A stretch of DNA of 36,327 nt from an archaeon (lineage in GTDB: Archaea > AGJL01 > Methanococci > Methanococcales > Methanocaldococcaceae). The translations under genes were made by a program, and so were the position numbers. The stretch is from NCBI GenBank assembly GCA_024278985.1, contig JAJRSC010000020.1, forward strand, positions 1 to 36,327, read 5' to 3'. Shown here one piece after another: positions 1 to 10,410 of this stretch (positions within the stretch are counted from its first letter, which is position 1; each line of letters opens with the position of its first letter). The notes beneath the pieces were generated by a model. It was not told where the DNA came from. It did no database searches and was given only the letters and a program-made list of their open reading frames with translations.

Positions 1-285
1 ACTGAAGAAGATGTAAAAACCACCGAAGAACTAAAAAAATTCCTAAAAGAAAAAGGACATCCAGTTATTAAATTGTGGAGTGAAGAAGAAACTAAAATAG
101 AGGAACAAAAAGAAGAGCAAGCTCCTCAAAAGTTAGAAGATAAAGAAAAACCTGATATATCAATTCAGGATTTAGAACTTCCTGGAGAATACTTTGGATT
201 ACCAACAGGAATTAAAATAATTATGCAAAATGTTATAATTAAAGCTGAAAAAATTATAATCACCAAAGAAAAAAGTAAAAAATAA
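1..285 (+). CDS. cdhC: Acetyl-CoA decarbonylase/synthase beta subunit, C-terminal end (5' partial)
   Basis: Frame 1 is open from base 1: TEEDVKTTEELKKFLKEKGHPV...GIKIIMQNVIIKAEKIIITKE. This matches the C-terminal tail of methanogen ACDS beta subunits. The 73..285 ORF is only its tail. Confidence 0.8.
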   Translation, partial: TEEDVKTTEELKKFLKEKGHPVIKLWSEEETKIEEQKEEQAPQKLEDKEKPDISIQDLELPGEYFGLPTGIKIIMQNVIIKAEKIIITKEKSKK

Positions 286-444
286 TAAAATTAATCACCT
301 ATAAGAATTATTATAAAAGAATATTCCTAACTAAATAATATAATTCCTATTTTTAGGACTTTAAAATAAATATATCATTATTGCTATTTTTGATTATTAT
401 AATTTAATATATTTAAATATGTTAATTTAAGGTCATTAAAAAAT

Positions 445-465
445 CTAAATAGTTATATTTATATT
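445..465 (+). promoter_or_regulatory. Candidate phosphate-responsive promoter of the alkaline phosphatase (CTAAATAG-N5-TATA)
   Basis: CTAAATAG (445-452), TTATA, TTTATATT (458-465). The same motif and spacing occur upstream of pstS. Confidence 0.5.
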
Positions 466-550
466 ACTAATTTAAAGATTATAATAATTATTATGATTTC
501 TTAAAATAACTATTAAAAACTTTTATAACCTAATATCTCAGGGTGAGAGT

Positions 551-2155
551 TTGAAAAATACACATACAAAAGTGGCTATTGGATTAATTATTATAGCAGT
601 AACTCTTTCAGTTTTTACTGCAGGATGTTTTGAAAGTTCAAGTACTACCTCAAAAATAGGTGTAAATGAAATTTCACCAACAAAAACAAATACACAATTA
701 GAAAGTGTCAATGCTAAAGCACCAAAAGCTAAGAATGTCATTATATTTATAGGAGATGGTATGGGAATTAACCAGGAATATTTAGCAAATAGATACTCTG
801 AAGAAGTTTATGGAAAAAATTTAACATTCCCATATATGACAAATAATATAGGATTAATTACAACAAGTTCATTAGGTAATGATGTTACAGATTCAGCTGC
901 TGCAGCAGTAGCCTTATTTTCAGGTTACAAAACAAAAAATAGAATGTTAAATATGCTCCCAAATGGAACAATACCTAAAAAAATTATATCAGAAATATTT
1001 AAAGAAGAAGGAAAATCTGTTGGAATTGTTACAACAACAAGAATAACCCACGCTACACCAGCAGCAATGTATGCACATATTAGAGATAGAGGAGAAGAGG
1101 ATATTATTGCCTTACAAATGTTAAAATTTGAACCTACTGTTGCTCTTGGTGGAGGAGCTGAATATTTCTTACCTGAAAATGAAGGAGGAAAAAGAAAAGA
1201 TGGAATAAATCTATTTGAAGAATTTAAGAAAAAAGGTTATGTTGTTGTTAGAAATAGAGAAGAGCTTCTAAAAGTAGATCCTTCAAAAACTGATAAATTA
1301 CTTGGAATATTTTCATACTCACATATGGCTTATGAAATTGATAGAGAAAATATTCCAGAATATCAAAATCAACCATCATTAGCTGAGATGACAGAAAAAG
1401 CTTTAGAAATTTTAAGTAAAAATCCAAAAGGATTTATTTTAATGGTTGAGGGAGGAAGAATAGATCATGGATATCATACTCATGATATAAAAGCGGCAGT
1501 TGTTGATGTTAAAGCATTTGACGATGCTATTAAAGTAGCCTTAGAATTCCAGAAAAAGCATCCAGATACTTTAATTATTGTAACAGCAGACCATGAAACT
1601 GGAGGTTTATCTATAGGTAGAGGAACATGTTCATATGCAGATAGTTCATCAGGAAATGTTAAAAGTTATAAAGAAAATGTTAAGGCTGTAAAGAATATAA
1701 AATGTAGTGTAAAATATTTAGTTAATAAAATTATAGAAGAAAACTTAAGTAAAGAAGAAGCTGTTAAATTAATTGAGAAAATGTGGGGAACAAAATTAAC
1801 TGATGACGAAAAACAGTTATTATTTAAATATCCATTAGATTCAAAGATAACCGATAAAACCATCCTTGACTACTATCCAAGAGTAAATGAATATTTAAGC
1901 AACTGGGGAGAATATGCTTTAACAAAAATTGAAAGTGATAGAGCGAGAGTTTATTGGACAGCTTATGGACATACACAAAATCCTGTAGCTGTTTGGGCTA
2001 AGGGTCCTGGAGATGTATTATTTAGAGGGTACTATGATAATACAGATATATATACAAAAATCCTTGAAGCTTCAAAAGGAGAATATCATAACACATCATG
2101 TACAGAATGTACTGGAACATGTATTACAGCTCCTGTAGCTGCTGCCACTCACTAA
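551..2155 (+). CDS. phoA: Alkaline phosphatase (PhoA family), predicted lipoprotein
   Basis: Motifs IFIGDGMG, TDSAAA (catalytic Ser), THATPA, VEGGRIDH..H, TADHETGG and GHT. N-terminal hydrophobic segment ends in TAGC (lipobox-like). GGGTGA RBS before a TTG start. Confidence 0.93.
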   Translation: MKNTHTKVAIGLIIIAVTLSVFTAGCFESSSTTSKIGVNEISPTKTNTQLESVNAKAPKAKNVIIFIGDGMGINQEYLANRYSEEVYGKNLTFPYMTNNIGLITTSSLGNDVTDSAAAAVALFSGYKTKNRMLNMLPNGTIPKKIISEIFKEEGKSVGIVTTTRITHATPAAMYAHIRDRGEEDIIALQMLKFEPTVALGGGAEYFLPENEGGKRKDGINLFEEFKKKGYVVVRNREELLKVDPSKTDKLLGIFSYSHMAYEIDRENIPEYQNQPSLAEMTEKALEILSKNPKGFILMVEGGRIDHGYHTHDIKAAVVDVKAFDDAIKVALEFQKKHPDTLIIVTADHETGGLSIGRGTCSYADSSSGNVKSYKENVKAVKNIKCSVKYLVNKIIEENLSKEEAVKLIEKMWGTKLTDDEKQLLFKYPLDSKITDKTILDYYPRVNEYLSNWGEYALTKIESDRARVYWTAYGHTQNPVAVWAKGPGDVLFRGYYDNTDIYTKILEASKGEYHNTSCTECTGTCITAPVAAATH

Positions 2156-2191
2156 ATAAAACCTTATTTTATTTACAAATTTTTTTATTAA

Positions 2192-2270
2192 ATTACTAAG
2201 GAAGTAGTTGAAGATTTAGATTTAAAAGTTAAGGATGGAAGTTATAATACTTATAAAATCTACTTTAGTC
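2192..2270 (+). pseudogene. Degenerate TOBE/Mop (molybdate/tungstate-binding) domain fragment
   Basis: Reads ITKEVVEDLDLKVKD, then after one extra base EVIILIKSTLV. Resembles the TOBE pattern IT.E.VE.L.LK.GDEV.ALIKS. No start codon. Confidence 0.6.
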
Positions 2271-2279
2271 CAAAGAGAA

Positions 2280-3071
2280 CTAAATTTTTTCAAATTCTTC
2301 AATCTCTTTTAATGTTTTTGTATCTTTGTTTTTTAATGCAATATCTTTAATTTTCTTTAATATTTTTGGTTTATAATTTGTAAGTTTATATACTTCTCTA
2401 CAGTAGTTTAAAATGTCTTTATAATGCTTCTCAAATATCTTTTCATTATATTTTGATAGTTCATAGGCCAATAAACCTTTAATTACATCCTTATTTGAAA
2501 ATATATATACTGGATGTATCCAAATTATAACCTTATTTTCATCTTCTTCAATGTAGTTATCTACTGAACTCTCATTCATAAAAACATCCATATATACATA
2601 AATATCTTTTTTTATATCTTTATTAATATCCGTTAAAATCTCATCAGCCATTTTATCGAAGTCAATAACCTTTTTATCCATTTCTTCTTCACTTAATTCC
2701 ATCCATTTTAAAATTCTTTCTCTAAATTCCCAGCTTTCTGGTTTTTTAGGATTGTAAATTTTATATTCCTTTTTTAAAAATTTATAGTCTTTACTATCTT
2801 TTGATGATAATGATATAATTAAAATTCCTCTATCTAAATCTTTTAAGTTTATGCTTTTAATCCAATATTCCCTATTTTTAACATCAAAGTCTTCTAAATT
2901 ATCAACATCTTCCAAATTTTTAATATATTTTTTTTCTCCTTTTAATCCTTTTAAATAAAATCCTTTAAATTCAATATCAACATGCTCACATCTTATAACA
3001 TCTTTACAATATTCATCTAAATTTTTATAAATATCCTGAAGAACTTTATATGCTAATTCTTTTGCTTTCAT
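2280..3071 (-). CDS. Hypothetical protein with a degenerate zincin-like motif
   Basis: 263-aa ORF, last gene of a tightly packed minus-strand run. Contains VIIWIHP...GLLAYELSK. Confidence 0.7.
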   Translation of the reverse strand: MKAKELAYKVLQDIYKNLDEYCKDVIRCEHVDIEFKGFYLKGLKGEKKYIKNLEDVDNLEDFDVKNREYWIKSINLKDLDRGILIISLSSKDSKDYKFLKKEYKIYNPKKPESWEFRERILKWMELSEEEMDKKVIDFDKMADEILTDINKDIKKDIYVYMDVFMNESSVDNYIEEDENKVIIWIHPVYIFSNKDVIKGLLAYELSKYNEKIFEKHYKDILNYCREVYKLTNYKPKILKKIKDIALKNKDTKTLKEIEEFEKI

Positions 3072-3074
3072 AAT

Positions 3075-3557
3075 TTAACCACCTTTTCTTAAATACCAAC
3101 CTTTATCTTTAATATTCTTTATCATTTTTCCATCAAAATATCCAATTCCTAAAAAATCTCTATTTTTATTAAAAACAGCTATTCTTCCAGAGCCATTAAT
3201 ATATACAATAGAATTGTTAAATATGTCCCTTCCATATAAAAATAGTGTCTCTCCTTTTTCATTTATGATAGCATAGTTTTTATTAATATAGTTTGATATT
3301 ATTGTGAATCCTTCTAAACTTAATTTAAATTTATTATTTTTTATTTCTCCAAAAACATTACCTACAGTATAGATTTCATCAAAAAACTTTAATTTTTTTT
3401 TAGCATCATAAGATAAATAACAAACTGTTAGCCATTTATTTTTTAAAATAACTAATCTATCAAAATTAAAAGTTTCAAAAAAATTTTTTGGTGTATATCT
3501 TAATATCTCTTTTTCTATTAATTTTTTTTCATAATCCTTTAAATCTCTAAATTTCAT
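3075..3557 (-). CDS. Nip7-like PUA-domain ribosome biogenesis protein
   Basis: [17 protein letters not shown] and [15 protein letters not shown] are typical of the Nip7/UPF0113 family. Confidence 0.8.
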   Translation of the reverse strand: MKFRDLKDYEKKLIEKEILRYTPKNFFETFNFDRLVILKNKWLTVCYLSYDAKKKLKFFDEIYTVGNVFGEIKNNKFKLSLEGFTIISNYINKNYAIINEKGETLFLYGRDIFNNSIVYINGSGRIAVFNKNRDFLGIGYFDGKMIKNIKDKGWYLRKGG

Positions 3558-4462
3558 TATTTCACTAATTCTAAAACTTCCTTAGCCAATCTTATTTTAT
3601 CCTCTTTATTTTTCATTATTATATTTGTAGAATAAATTTCACAATCAACTTTAATATTATTATCAGTGTTATGAACAACAAAAATGTCTATAATATCCTC
3701 ATAAAATTTATATACTCCATAAGGAGAGGATTCATAACCTTTTGCCTTCATTAATTTATCAGCTGGTCCAGAGATTGGAGAAGTTCCAACAATTGGAGAA
3801 ATTACTATAACCTTTTTCTTTTTTAATATCTCTCTATACCCAACTGATAATATTGGGCCTATAGAAGTTATAGGGTTGGATGGTCCTATTATAATAGCCT
3901 TACTTTTTTTAATATCTTCAACTGCATTATTTAAAGGTTTTGAATATATAGAATTTTCATATATAACATCTAAAACATCTACATTTCCCTTTCTTTTTAT
4001 CCAAAAGTCATGGAACTTTAATAAATCTATTTTTCCATTAATATTTACTAATATTTTTGTTTCTACTTTATCATCGGTCATAGGATAAACTTTTTGTTTA
4101 ATATTTAGTAACCTTCTTTCTATATCAACAATTTCAGATAGCTTATATCCTTTCTTTAATAATAATGCTTTATGTATTTTTAAAGCTCTATCTCTATCTC
4201 CTATTCTTAAAAATTCATCAACACCATATTTTTTTAACATCTCATGAGTTATAAAACTATCTCCTCTTATCCCATACCAACATTCCTCATTTATTAAATC
4301 AGACAAAGTATAAAGAACTGTATCTACATCAGGAGAAACATATAAATCATTTAACCATAAATCTTCCCCAGTATTAACAATAACTGAAAAATTTTCTTCT
4401 ACTTCCTTTAATCCCTGCAAAAATTTAGGAGTTCCAGTTCCACCAGATAAGATGACTAACAT
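3557..4462 (-). CDS. cofD: 2-phospho-L-lactate transferase (F420 biosynthesis)
   Basis: [48 protein letters not shown]. Confidence 0.95.
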   Translation of the reverse strand: MLVILSGGTGTPKFLQGLKEVEENFSVIVNTGEDLWLNDLYVSPDVDTVLYTLSDLINEECWYGIRGDSFITHEMLKKYGVDEFLRIGDRDRALKIHKALLLKKGYKLSEIVDIERRLLNIKQKVYPMTDDKVETKILVNINGKIDLLKFHDFWIKRKGNVDVLDVIYENSIYSKPLNNAVEDIKKSKAIIIGPSNPITSIGPILSVGYREILKKKKVIVISPIVGTSPISGPADKLMKAKGYESSPYGVYKFYEDIIDIFVVHNTDNNIKVDCEIYSTNIIMKNKEDKIRLAKEVLELVK

Positions 4463-4473
4463 ATTAAACTCCT

Positions 4474-5589
4474 TTATATAATTTTTAACTTAAATTTATA
4501 TTTTCCAGAAGTTTCAATTTTATTAGTAAAGTTATTTATTATCTCTCTAATTTTTTTCTTTCCATTGTATATTTTATATAGACTTCTCATTTTTTTAGCT
4601 TTTTTTCTACAAGTCTTAGCTTTCTCTATAGCATCCATTAAGTTATCAAGATTCTTATAGTTGAGATAAACTCCACAACCTAACTCATGAACTTTCTTAG
4701 CATTGTTATTTTGCTCTGGATGGTCTAAATCAGGAATAACAACTAATGGTTTTCCAAAACATAATGATTCCATAATTGTAGAATGTCCTCCATGAGAGAC
4801 TATAATAGATGCATATCTCATTAATTCATCCATTTTTGTAGTAAATGGAATAATCTCAACATTTTCATGTTTTACTACTTCCAACTTTTTGGCTACTTCA
4901 TAACTACCACAAACTAATTTAACATTAAAATTATATTCAATAGCCAAATCTCTTAACTTCTCTAAAATCTTATATCTATACTCAAAACCACCTATAACAC
5001 TTAAAATATAACCATCATTACCAACATTATTAACATTGTATCTAATTAATGGCCCAATAAATTCCATATTTTTTAAAGGTTTTATATTATATTCACAGAT
5101 AGTATAAGGTAAAGGAAAATCAGGAATAATAACTTTTTCACATCTTTTATTTATAAAGTTTAAAAATTTCATAGTTGGATAAACAACAATATCTGTTTTA
5201 AATTTATATTTGGTATAATTTTGGTTTGTTATGCAAAAAACAGGTTTTTTTAAGAACTTGGCAACAACAACAGAACTATATTTACAATCAGATATAACTA
5301 AATCAGGATTATAATATTTAATAACTTTATATTCTCTTTTTATAGCTTTTTGTGGATTATGTTCTTTATTAAATATTGTAGATTTTAAATCAAATTTTCC
5401 ATCTTTTCCTTTTAATTTAATCTCTGGATATGTCTCAATAACCTCATATCCATATTTTTCAATGAATTCCTTACTTTTACCATAGGCCAAAAATAAGATA
5501 TCATACTCATCTTTTATTGCTTCAGCTAAGGCTATGCATCTTGTAGTATGCCCAAATCCTTCTCCACATACAGATATAACTATCTTCAT
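4474..5589 (-). CDS. GT-B glycosyltransferase (GT28/MJ1255-like)
   Basis: N-terminal [10 protein letters not shown]; C-terminal [14 protein letters not shown] and HPEQ.NNA. Confidence 0.88.
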   Translation of the reverse strand: MKIVISVCGEGFGHTTRCIALAEAIKDEYDILFLAYGKSKEFIEKYGYEVIETYPEIKLKGKDGKFDLKSTIFNKEHNPQKAIKREYKVIKYYNPDLVISDCKYSSVVVAKFLKKPVFCITNQNYTKYKFKTDIVVYPTMKFLNFINKRCEKVIIPDFPLPYTICEYNIKPLKNMEFIGPLIRYNVNNVGNDGYILSVIGGFEYRYKILEKLRDLAIEYNFNVKLVCGSYEVAKKLEVVKHENVEIIPFTTKMDELMRYASIIVSHGGHSTIMESLCFGKPLVVIPDLDHPEQNNNAKKVHELGCGVYLNYKNLDNLMDAIEKAKTCRKKAKKMRSLYKIYNGKKKIREIINNFTNKIETSGKYKFKLKII

Positions 5590-6878
5590 AATAACTCCTC
5601 ACTTTCTTCTGTTAATCTTAACTTATTAATTCTTCCTATCTTCTCCTTTTTAATAATTTTCCTATCTTCCAACTCAGTTACTATTCTTGAAACTTTAGGC
5701 TTACTCATATTAGTAATCTCACATATCTCTTTCTGAGTTATAGATCCATGTTCTTTAATTAACTCAATAATTCTCTTTTCATCATCTGTTAAGAACTGCC
5801 AAAGTATTCCTTTTTTATAATCTTTAAGTTCATCTAATTTTTTCTTTAATTCAGAGATCTCATATTTTAGTTTTTCATTCTCCTTAGATAAAAAACTATT
5901 TAACTCTCTCAATTTACTTATTTCAATATTTTGATTGCTAATTTTTTCAGTTAATTCTGTAATTTTTGCTTCATACTTGGCAATTTTCTCAGATAAATCT
6001 TTTATATATTCCTCCTTTTCTATCAAATAATTTTTATACTCTTCACATTCATTTTTTAATTTTTCAATTAGTTCCATCAAATTTATGTTATTTTTTTCTT
6101 TCTCTTCTAATGATTTTTTTAAACTTTTAATTTCTTTTTTATATTTTTTCCTTTTAGAAAATTCTACGAATAAAAAAGATATTGAAGATATACTTACTAA
6201 CAATAAAATTCCAATAATTATAATATATTTTAAATTTATTTGGCTATTATTTGTTAGCTGAGAAATGTTTTCAATAGTTCCTGATTTAGGAAATGATACA
6301 AAAGAATATTTTACATTTATAGTTAGAATATAGTTTTTATTATCTTTGATAGTCCATTCAATAATTTGATGCCTACCATCAGTTTTTATTACATATCCTC
6401 CAGGTGTTATGTATAGATTTTTTTCATCAGATAAAATAACTGCTCCGGGAGGTAGGATAATTTTAATATTTGTTATTTTTGATATTATAGGAATGTTTAA
6501 TACCAACTGTTTATTTGTATATCCCCATATTGCATTATATACAATTCCATTGTAAGATATAATTACTTTTTTATCTGGTTCTACTGGCTTATTCAACTTA
6601 ACCATTATTTTTGTACTTGCTTCATAATATTTAATTTCCAAACCTTCAATACCATTACTTGAATTTATGGTTATATTTCCAAGATTTTGAGGGATTAGAA
6701 TAGAAAACTCTTTAATAAGTTCATTTTCATTATTATAAATTGTTAAATTTATTGTTTCATTTATTAGATTGTTGGGTAATATCTTACAGATAAATGTTGA
6801 ATTTTCAATAACATAGCCATTTATAGAACCTATCAGTAAAAATAATAAAATAATTAAAATTTTTTTTATATCTATCAC
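5586..6878 (-). CDS. Membrane-anchored protein with extracellular domain, coiled coil and C-terminal winged HTH
   Basis: Signal peptide, about 200 aa of beta-rich domain, TM helix ([21 protein letters not shown]), long heptad region, then [47 protein letters not shown] (wHTH). Confidence 0.8.
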   Translation of the reverse strand: MIDIKKILIILLFLLIGSINGYVIENSTFICKILPNNLINETINLTIYNNENELIKEFSILIPQNLGNITINSSNGIEGLEIKYYEASTKIMVKLNKPVEPDKKVIISYNGIVYNAIWGYTNKQLVLNIPIISKITNIKIILPPGAVILSDEKNLYITPGGYVIKTDGRHQIIEWTIKDNKNYILTINVKYSFVSFPKSGTIENISQLTNNSQINLKYIIIIGILLLVSISSISFLFVEFSKRKKYKKEIKSLKKSLEEKEKNNINLMELIEKLKNECEEYKNYLIEKEEYIKDLSEKIAKYEAKITELTEKISNQNIEISKLRELNSFLSKENEKLKYEISELKKKLDELKDYKKGILWQFLTDDEKRIIELIKEHGSITQKEICEITNMSKPKVSRIVTELEDRKIIKKEKIGRINKLRLTEESEELL

Positions 6879-6991
6879 CCAACATATTAAAATTCCAAAA
6901 GGTATTTATGGGAATATTATATATATTATTATGTTTTTGTTATAAATACTATTTTAAATATTTTAAAATTTTTTATTTTTTGGTGAGAATT

Positions 6992-8905
6992 GTGTTTTCA
7001 GTAAAATTTAAAACTACTGAAGAGCTTCCAGAGCCATCTCCAAGGTTAATTGACCAAGTTATTGGACAGGATGAAGCTGTTAAGATAGTACTATCTGCTG
7101 TAAAAAATAAAAGAAATGTTATTTTATTGGGAGAGCCAGGAGTAGGAAAATCAATGATAGTTAAAGCTGTTGGTGAAATTTTACAAGATTTTGGAGAATT
7201 TACACCTTACTATATAATAGCTAAACCAAATTTAAAAAATATGGAAAAACCAATTGTTGAGGTTATTGATGGAGAATATAAAGAGAAAGAAAAGGAAATA
7301 CCTAAAGTTAGTTTTAGAGGAAATAGCCCTTTAACTTTACTTTTACTAATGATTGGTGCTATTTTATTATCTCAATATATTATTGGGAAATTACCAACTG
7401 AACATTTATTAGCTGCTGTAACAACAACATCATTAATTGTTTTAATATTTGGATTTATAATAATACTCTCAACTTTATTAGGAACATCAAGAGGAGCAAT
7501 GTCTAATCAGTTATCCCCCTCTGATTTAAAACCAGTTCTTTTATATGAATGTAAAAAAAGGCCTTTAGTTAAAGCAAGTGCTTACAATGTAACAAGACTA
7601 TTAGGAGATATAAAGCATTGTCCTCTTGGTGGAAGACCTCCTTTAGGAACTCCACCACATAAAAGAATAATACTTGGAGCTATACATGAAGCTCATAGAG
7701 GGATTTTATATGTTGATGAAATTAAAACTATGCCCTTAGAAGTTCAGGACTATATATTAACAGCTTTACAAGATAAAAAACTACCTATAAGTGGTAGAAA
7801 TCCTAATTCATCTGGAGCAACTGTTGAAACTAATCCTATACCATGTGACTTTATTTTAATTATGTCTGGAAATATGGATGATGTTTATAACTTAAGAGCT
7901 CCACTACTTGATAGAATTGATTATAAAATTGTTTTAAAGGATAAAATGGAAAATACTTTAGAAAATAGGGATAAACTTTTACAGTTTATTGTCCAAGAAA
8001 TTAAAAATAACAATTTAAATCATATGACTTATGATGCATGTTGTGAGATTGTTAGAATAGCTCAATATATAGCTGGTTCTAAAGATAGATTAACACTTAG
8101 ATTAAGGTTATTGGCAAATATTATTAAAATGGCCAACGATTTAGCTTTAGGAAAAGAGATAGAGGAAATTTTAAAAAATAGTAACGAGAAAGATTATACT
8201 CCATCTGGAAAAAAACAGGGGATTTATATTAAAGCAGAACATGTAAGAACTATCTTTGAGACAGGAATATATAGTATGGAAAAACAAGTTGCTATAAACT
8301 ACATAAAGAACTTTAAAAGATATAAACATATAGTCCCAAATGATGAGCCAAAAATTGGGGTTATATATGGTTTAGCTGTATTAGGAACTGGAGGAATAGG
8401 TGATGTTACTAAAATTATAGTCCAAATATTAGAATCCAAAAATCCAGGAACTCATCTTTTAAATATTTCTGGAGATATAGCTAAGCATTCTATCACATTA
8501 GCATCAGCTTTATCTAAAAAACTAATAAGTGAAGGTAAATTACCACTTCCTAAAAAGGATATTGACTTAAACAATAAGGAAATATATATTCAATTTAGTC
8601 AATCTTATTCAAAAATAGATGGTGATTCTGCTACAGCAGCCGTTTGTTTAGCGACAATATCAGCACTATTAGAGATTCCTTTAAAACAGGACTTTGCTAT
8701 AACAGGAAGTTTAGATTTAAGTGGTAATGTCTTGGCCATAGGTGGAGTAAATGAAAAAATTGAAGCTGCTAAAAGATATGGATTTAAGAGAGTTATAATT
8801 CCTGAGGCAAATATGATTGATGTTATTAATAGTGAGGGTATTGAAATTATTCCTGCTAAGACAATTGAGGATATAATACCATTAGTTTTTGAAATAAATA
8901 AATGA
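6992..8905 (+). CDS. lonB: Archaeal membrane-bound Lon protease (LonB)
   Basis: DQVIGQDEAV, Walker A GEPGVGKS, two TM helices, Walker B ILYVDEI, catalytic DGDSA(S) and GGVNEK(K). Start moved to GTG 6992, which follows a GGTGA RBS. No intein. Confidence 0.95.
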   Translation: MFSVKFKTTEELPEPSPRLIDQVIGQDEAVKIVLSAVKNKRNVILLGEPGVGKSMIVKAVGEILQDFGEFTPYYIIAKPNLKNMEKPIVEVIDGEYKEKEKEIPKVSFRGNSPLTLLLLMIGAILLSQYIIGKLPTEHLLAAVTTTSLIVLIFGFIIILSTLLGTSRGAMSNQLSPSDLKPVLLYECKKRPLVKASAYNVTRLLGDIKHCPLGGRPPLGTPPHKRIILGAIHEAHRGILYVDEIKTMPLEVQDYILTALQDKKLPISGRNPNSSGATVETNPIPCDFILIMSGNMDDVYNLRAPLLDRIDYKIVLKDKMENTLENRDKLLQFIVQEIKNNNLNHMTYDACCEIVRIAQYIAGSKDRLTLRLRLLANIIKMANDLALGKEIEEILKNSNEKDYTPSGKKQGIYIKAEHVRTIFETGIYSMEKQVAINYIKNFKRYKHIVPNDEPKIGVIYGLAVLGTGGIGDVTKIIVQILESKNPGTHLLNISGDIAKHSITLASALSKKLISEGKLPLPKKDIDLNNKEIYIQFSQSYSKIDGDSATAAVCLATISALLEIPLKQDFAITGSLDLSGNVLAIGGVNEKIEAAKRYGFKRVIIPEANMIDVINSEGIEIIPAKTIEDIIPLVFEINK

Positions 8906-8912
8906 TGATAGT

Positions 8913-9188
8913 ATGGATGATGATATTAGGGAGAGATTAGAAGTATTAAGTAAAAAAATTCTTGAAATTGACAAAAAAGTAGATTTGAAACTACAAAATA
9001 ATGAAAAAAAAATTCTTGAATATACTAAAAATTATTTATATAAAATGTCCAAAAATGAAGAAAACAAGTTTAAAATTTTAGTTAGATATGTTAAGTTCTT
9101 GAGAGTATTAATATTAATTTTAAGTTTTTTAGTTATTTTTTTGTATATTGTAACTATTTTAATATTAATTAAATTAATCTATAGTTAA
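8913..9188 (+). CDS. Small hypothetical protein, coiled coil plus C-terminal TM helix
   Basis: 91-aa ORF starting 7 bp after lonB, with a hydrophobic C-terminus. Confidence 0.6.
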   Translation: MDDDIRERLEVLSKKILEIDKKVDLKLQNNEKKILEYTKNYLYKMSKNEENKFKILVRYVKFLRVLILILSFLVIFLYIVTILILIKLIYS

Positions 9189-10401
9189 TTTCACCAACTA
9201 AATTTTTATTTATTAATTCTTTAACTTTTTCATCATCATAGTTCCCCAAGAGATACATTAATTTTACATAAGCAACTTCTGGAATTATATCCTCACAAGG
9301 AATTACTCCAAGTTTTTGAAGTTCCCTACCATTTGAATATACATTCATATTAACTCTTCCATATATTGTTTGGGTAGTCATAACTACTATAGTACCATTA
9401 TCTATTGCATACTTAATATTTTCAAATATATATTCAGGAGCATGTCCTAATCCAGTCCCTTCTAATACAATCCCTTTATAACCTTTATCAACATAAAAAT
9501 TAATTATTTCTCCATCCATTCCAGGATAAACCTTTATTAAAGCTACTTTTTTCTCTAAGTTAGTATTTATTTCTATTTTTTTCTCATTGTATCTATCTAC
9601 ATCCTTCAAAAATTTAATTTTTTTATCTAATGGATATATCTTAGCTATTGGTTCATCATTGACTGTTTGAAAGGCATCTCTTCTTGAGGAATGATTTTTT
9701 CTAACTTTAACACCTTTATGCAGATAACAAAATTTATCATCAATAGTTCCATGCATAACTACATAAACTCCTCCAATGTTCTCTTTGGCAGCTAAAACAG
9801 AGCTTATTAAATTTAGATATGCATCAGAAGATGGTCTGTCACTACTTCTCTGAGCACCTACTAAAATTATTGGAAATGTAGATTTGACCATAAATGAAAG
9901 GGCAGCTGCTGTATAGGATAATGTATCAGTTCCATGGGCTATAACAATACCATCTGCTTCTTTACTTTCTTTTTTTATTTCTTCAGCTATATTTATCCAA
10001 TATTCTGGCTTCATATTTTCGCTGAGAATGTTCAATATTGGTTTTCCTCTTATATTGGCAATATCCATAAGTTCAGGCACAGCCCTAATTAAATCATCTG
10101 CTGTAAATGATGGATGTACTGCTCCAGTTCTATAATCAACTTTTGAGGCAACAGTTCCACCAGTTGAAAGTATAGATATAGTTTTATCATGTTTTTTTTC
10201 TAAGTTTAAGGGAGGATATTTATATTCTATTTTTTTACCCTTTTCAATTATTTCATAGTTAATAATATTCTCTCTCAATATTCCAACATTATAACCATTT
10301 TTTAGCTTTAAGGTTATAACATCCTTATTTATAGAAGGTAATATAACTCCCTCAAATTCTCCAGTATTTGTTTTTATTTTTACAACATCTCCAACTTCCA
10401 T
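9169..10401 (-). CDS. gatD: Glutamyl-tRNA(Gln) amidotransferase subunit D
   Basis: [10 protein letters not shown]-domain, [29 protein letters not shown]. Confidence 0.96.
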   Translation of the reverse strand: MEVGDVVKIKTNTGEFEGVILPSINKDVITLKLKNGYNVGILRENIINYEIIEKGKKIEYKYPPLNLEKKHDKTISILSTGGTVASKVDYRTGAVHPSFTADDLIRAVPELMDIANIRGKPILNILSENMKPEYWINIAEEIKKESKEADGIVIAHGTDTLSYTAAALSFMVKSTFPIILVGAQRSSDRPSSDAYLNLISSVLAAKENIGGVYVVMHGTIDDKFCYLHKGVKVRKNHSSRRDAFQTVNDEPIAKIYPLDKKIKFLKDVDRYNEKKIEINTNLEKKVALIKVYPGMDGEIINFYVDKGYKGIVLEGTGLGHAPEYIFENIKYAIDNGTIVVMTTQTIYGRVNMNVYSNGRELQKLGVIPCEDIIPEVAYVKLMYLLGNYDDEKVKELINKNLVGEINYRLI

Positions 10402-10410
10402 AGTAATTCC

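Noticed and set aside
409-494. AT-only palindromes ATATTTAAATAT and ATAATAATTATTAT upstream of phoA
   Set aside because: Expected by chance in a spacer this AT-rich.
6908-6991. N-terminal extension of LonB in the ORF track
   Set aside because: AT-rich promoter-like sequence; a GGTGA RBS points to GTG 6992.
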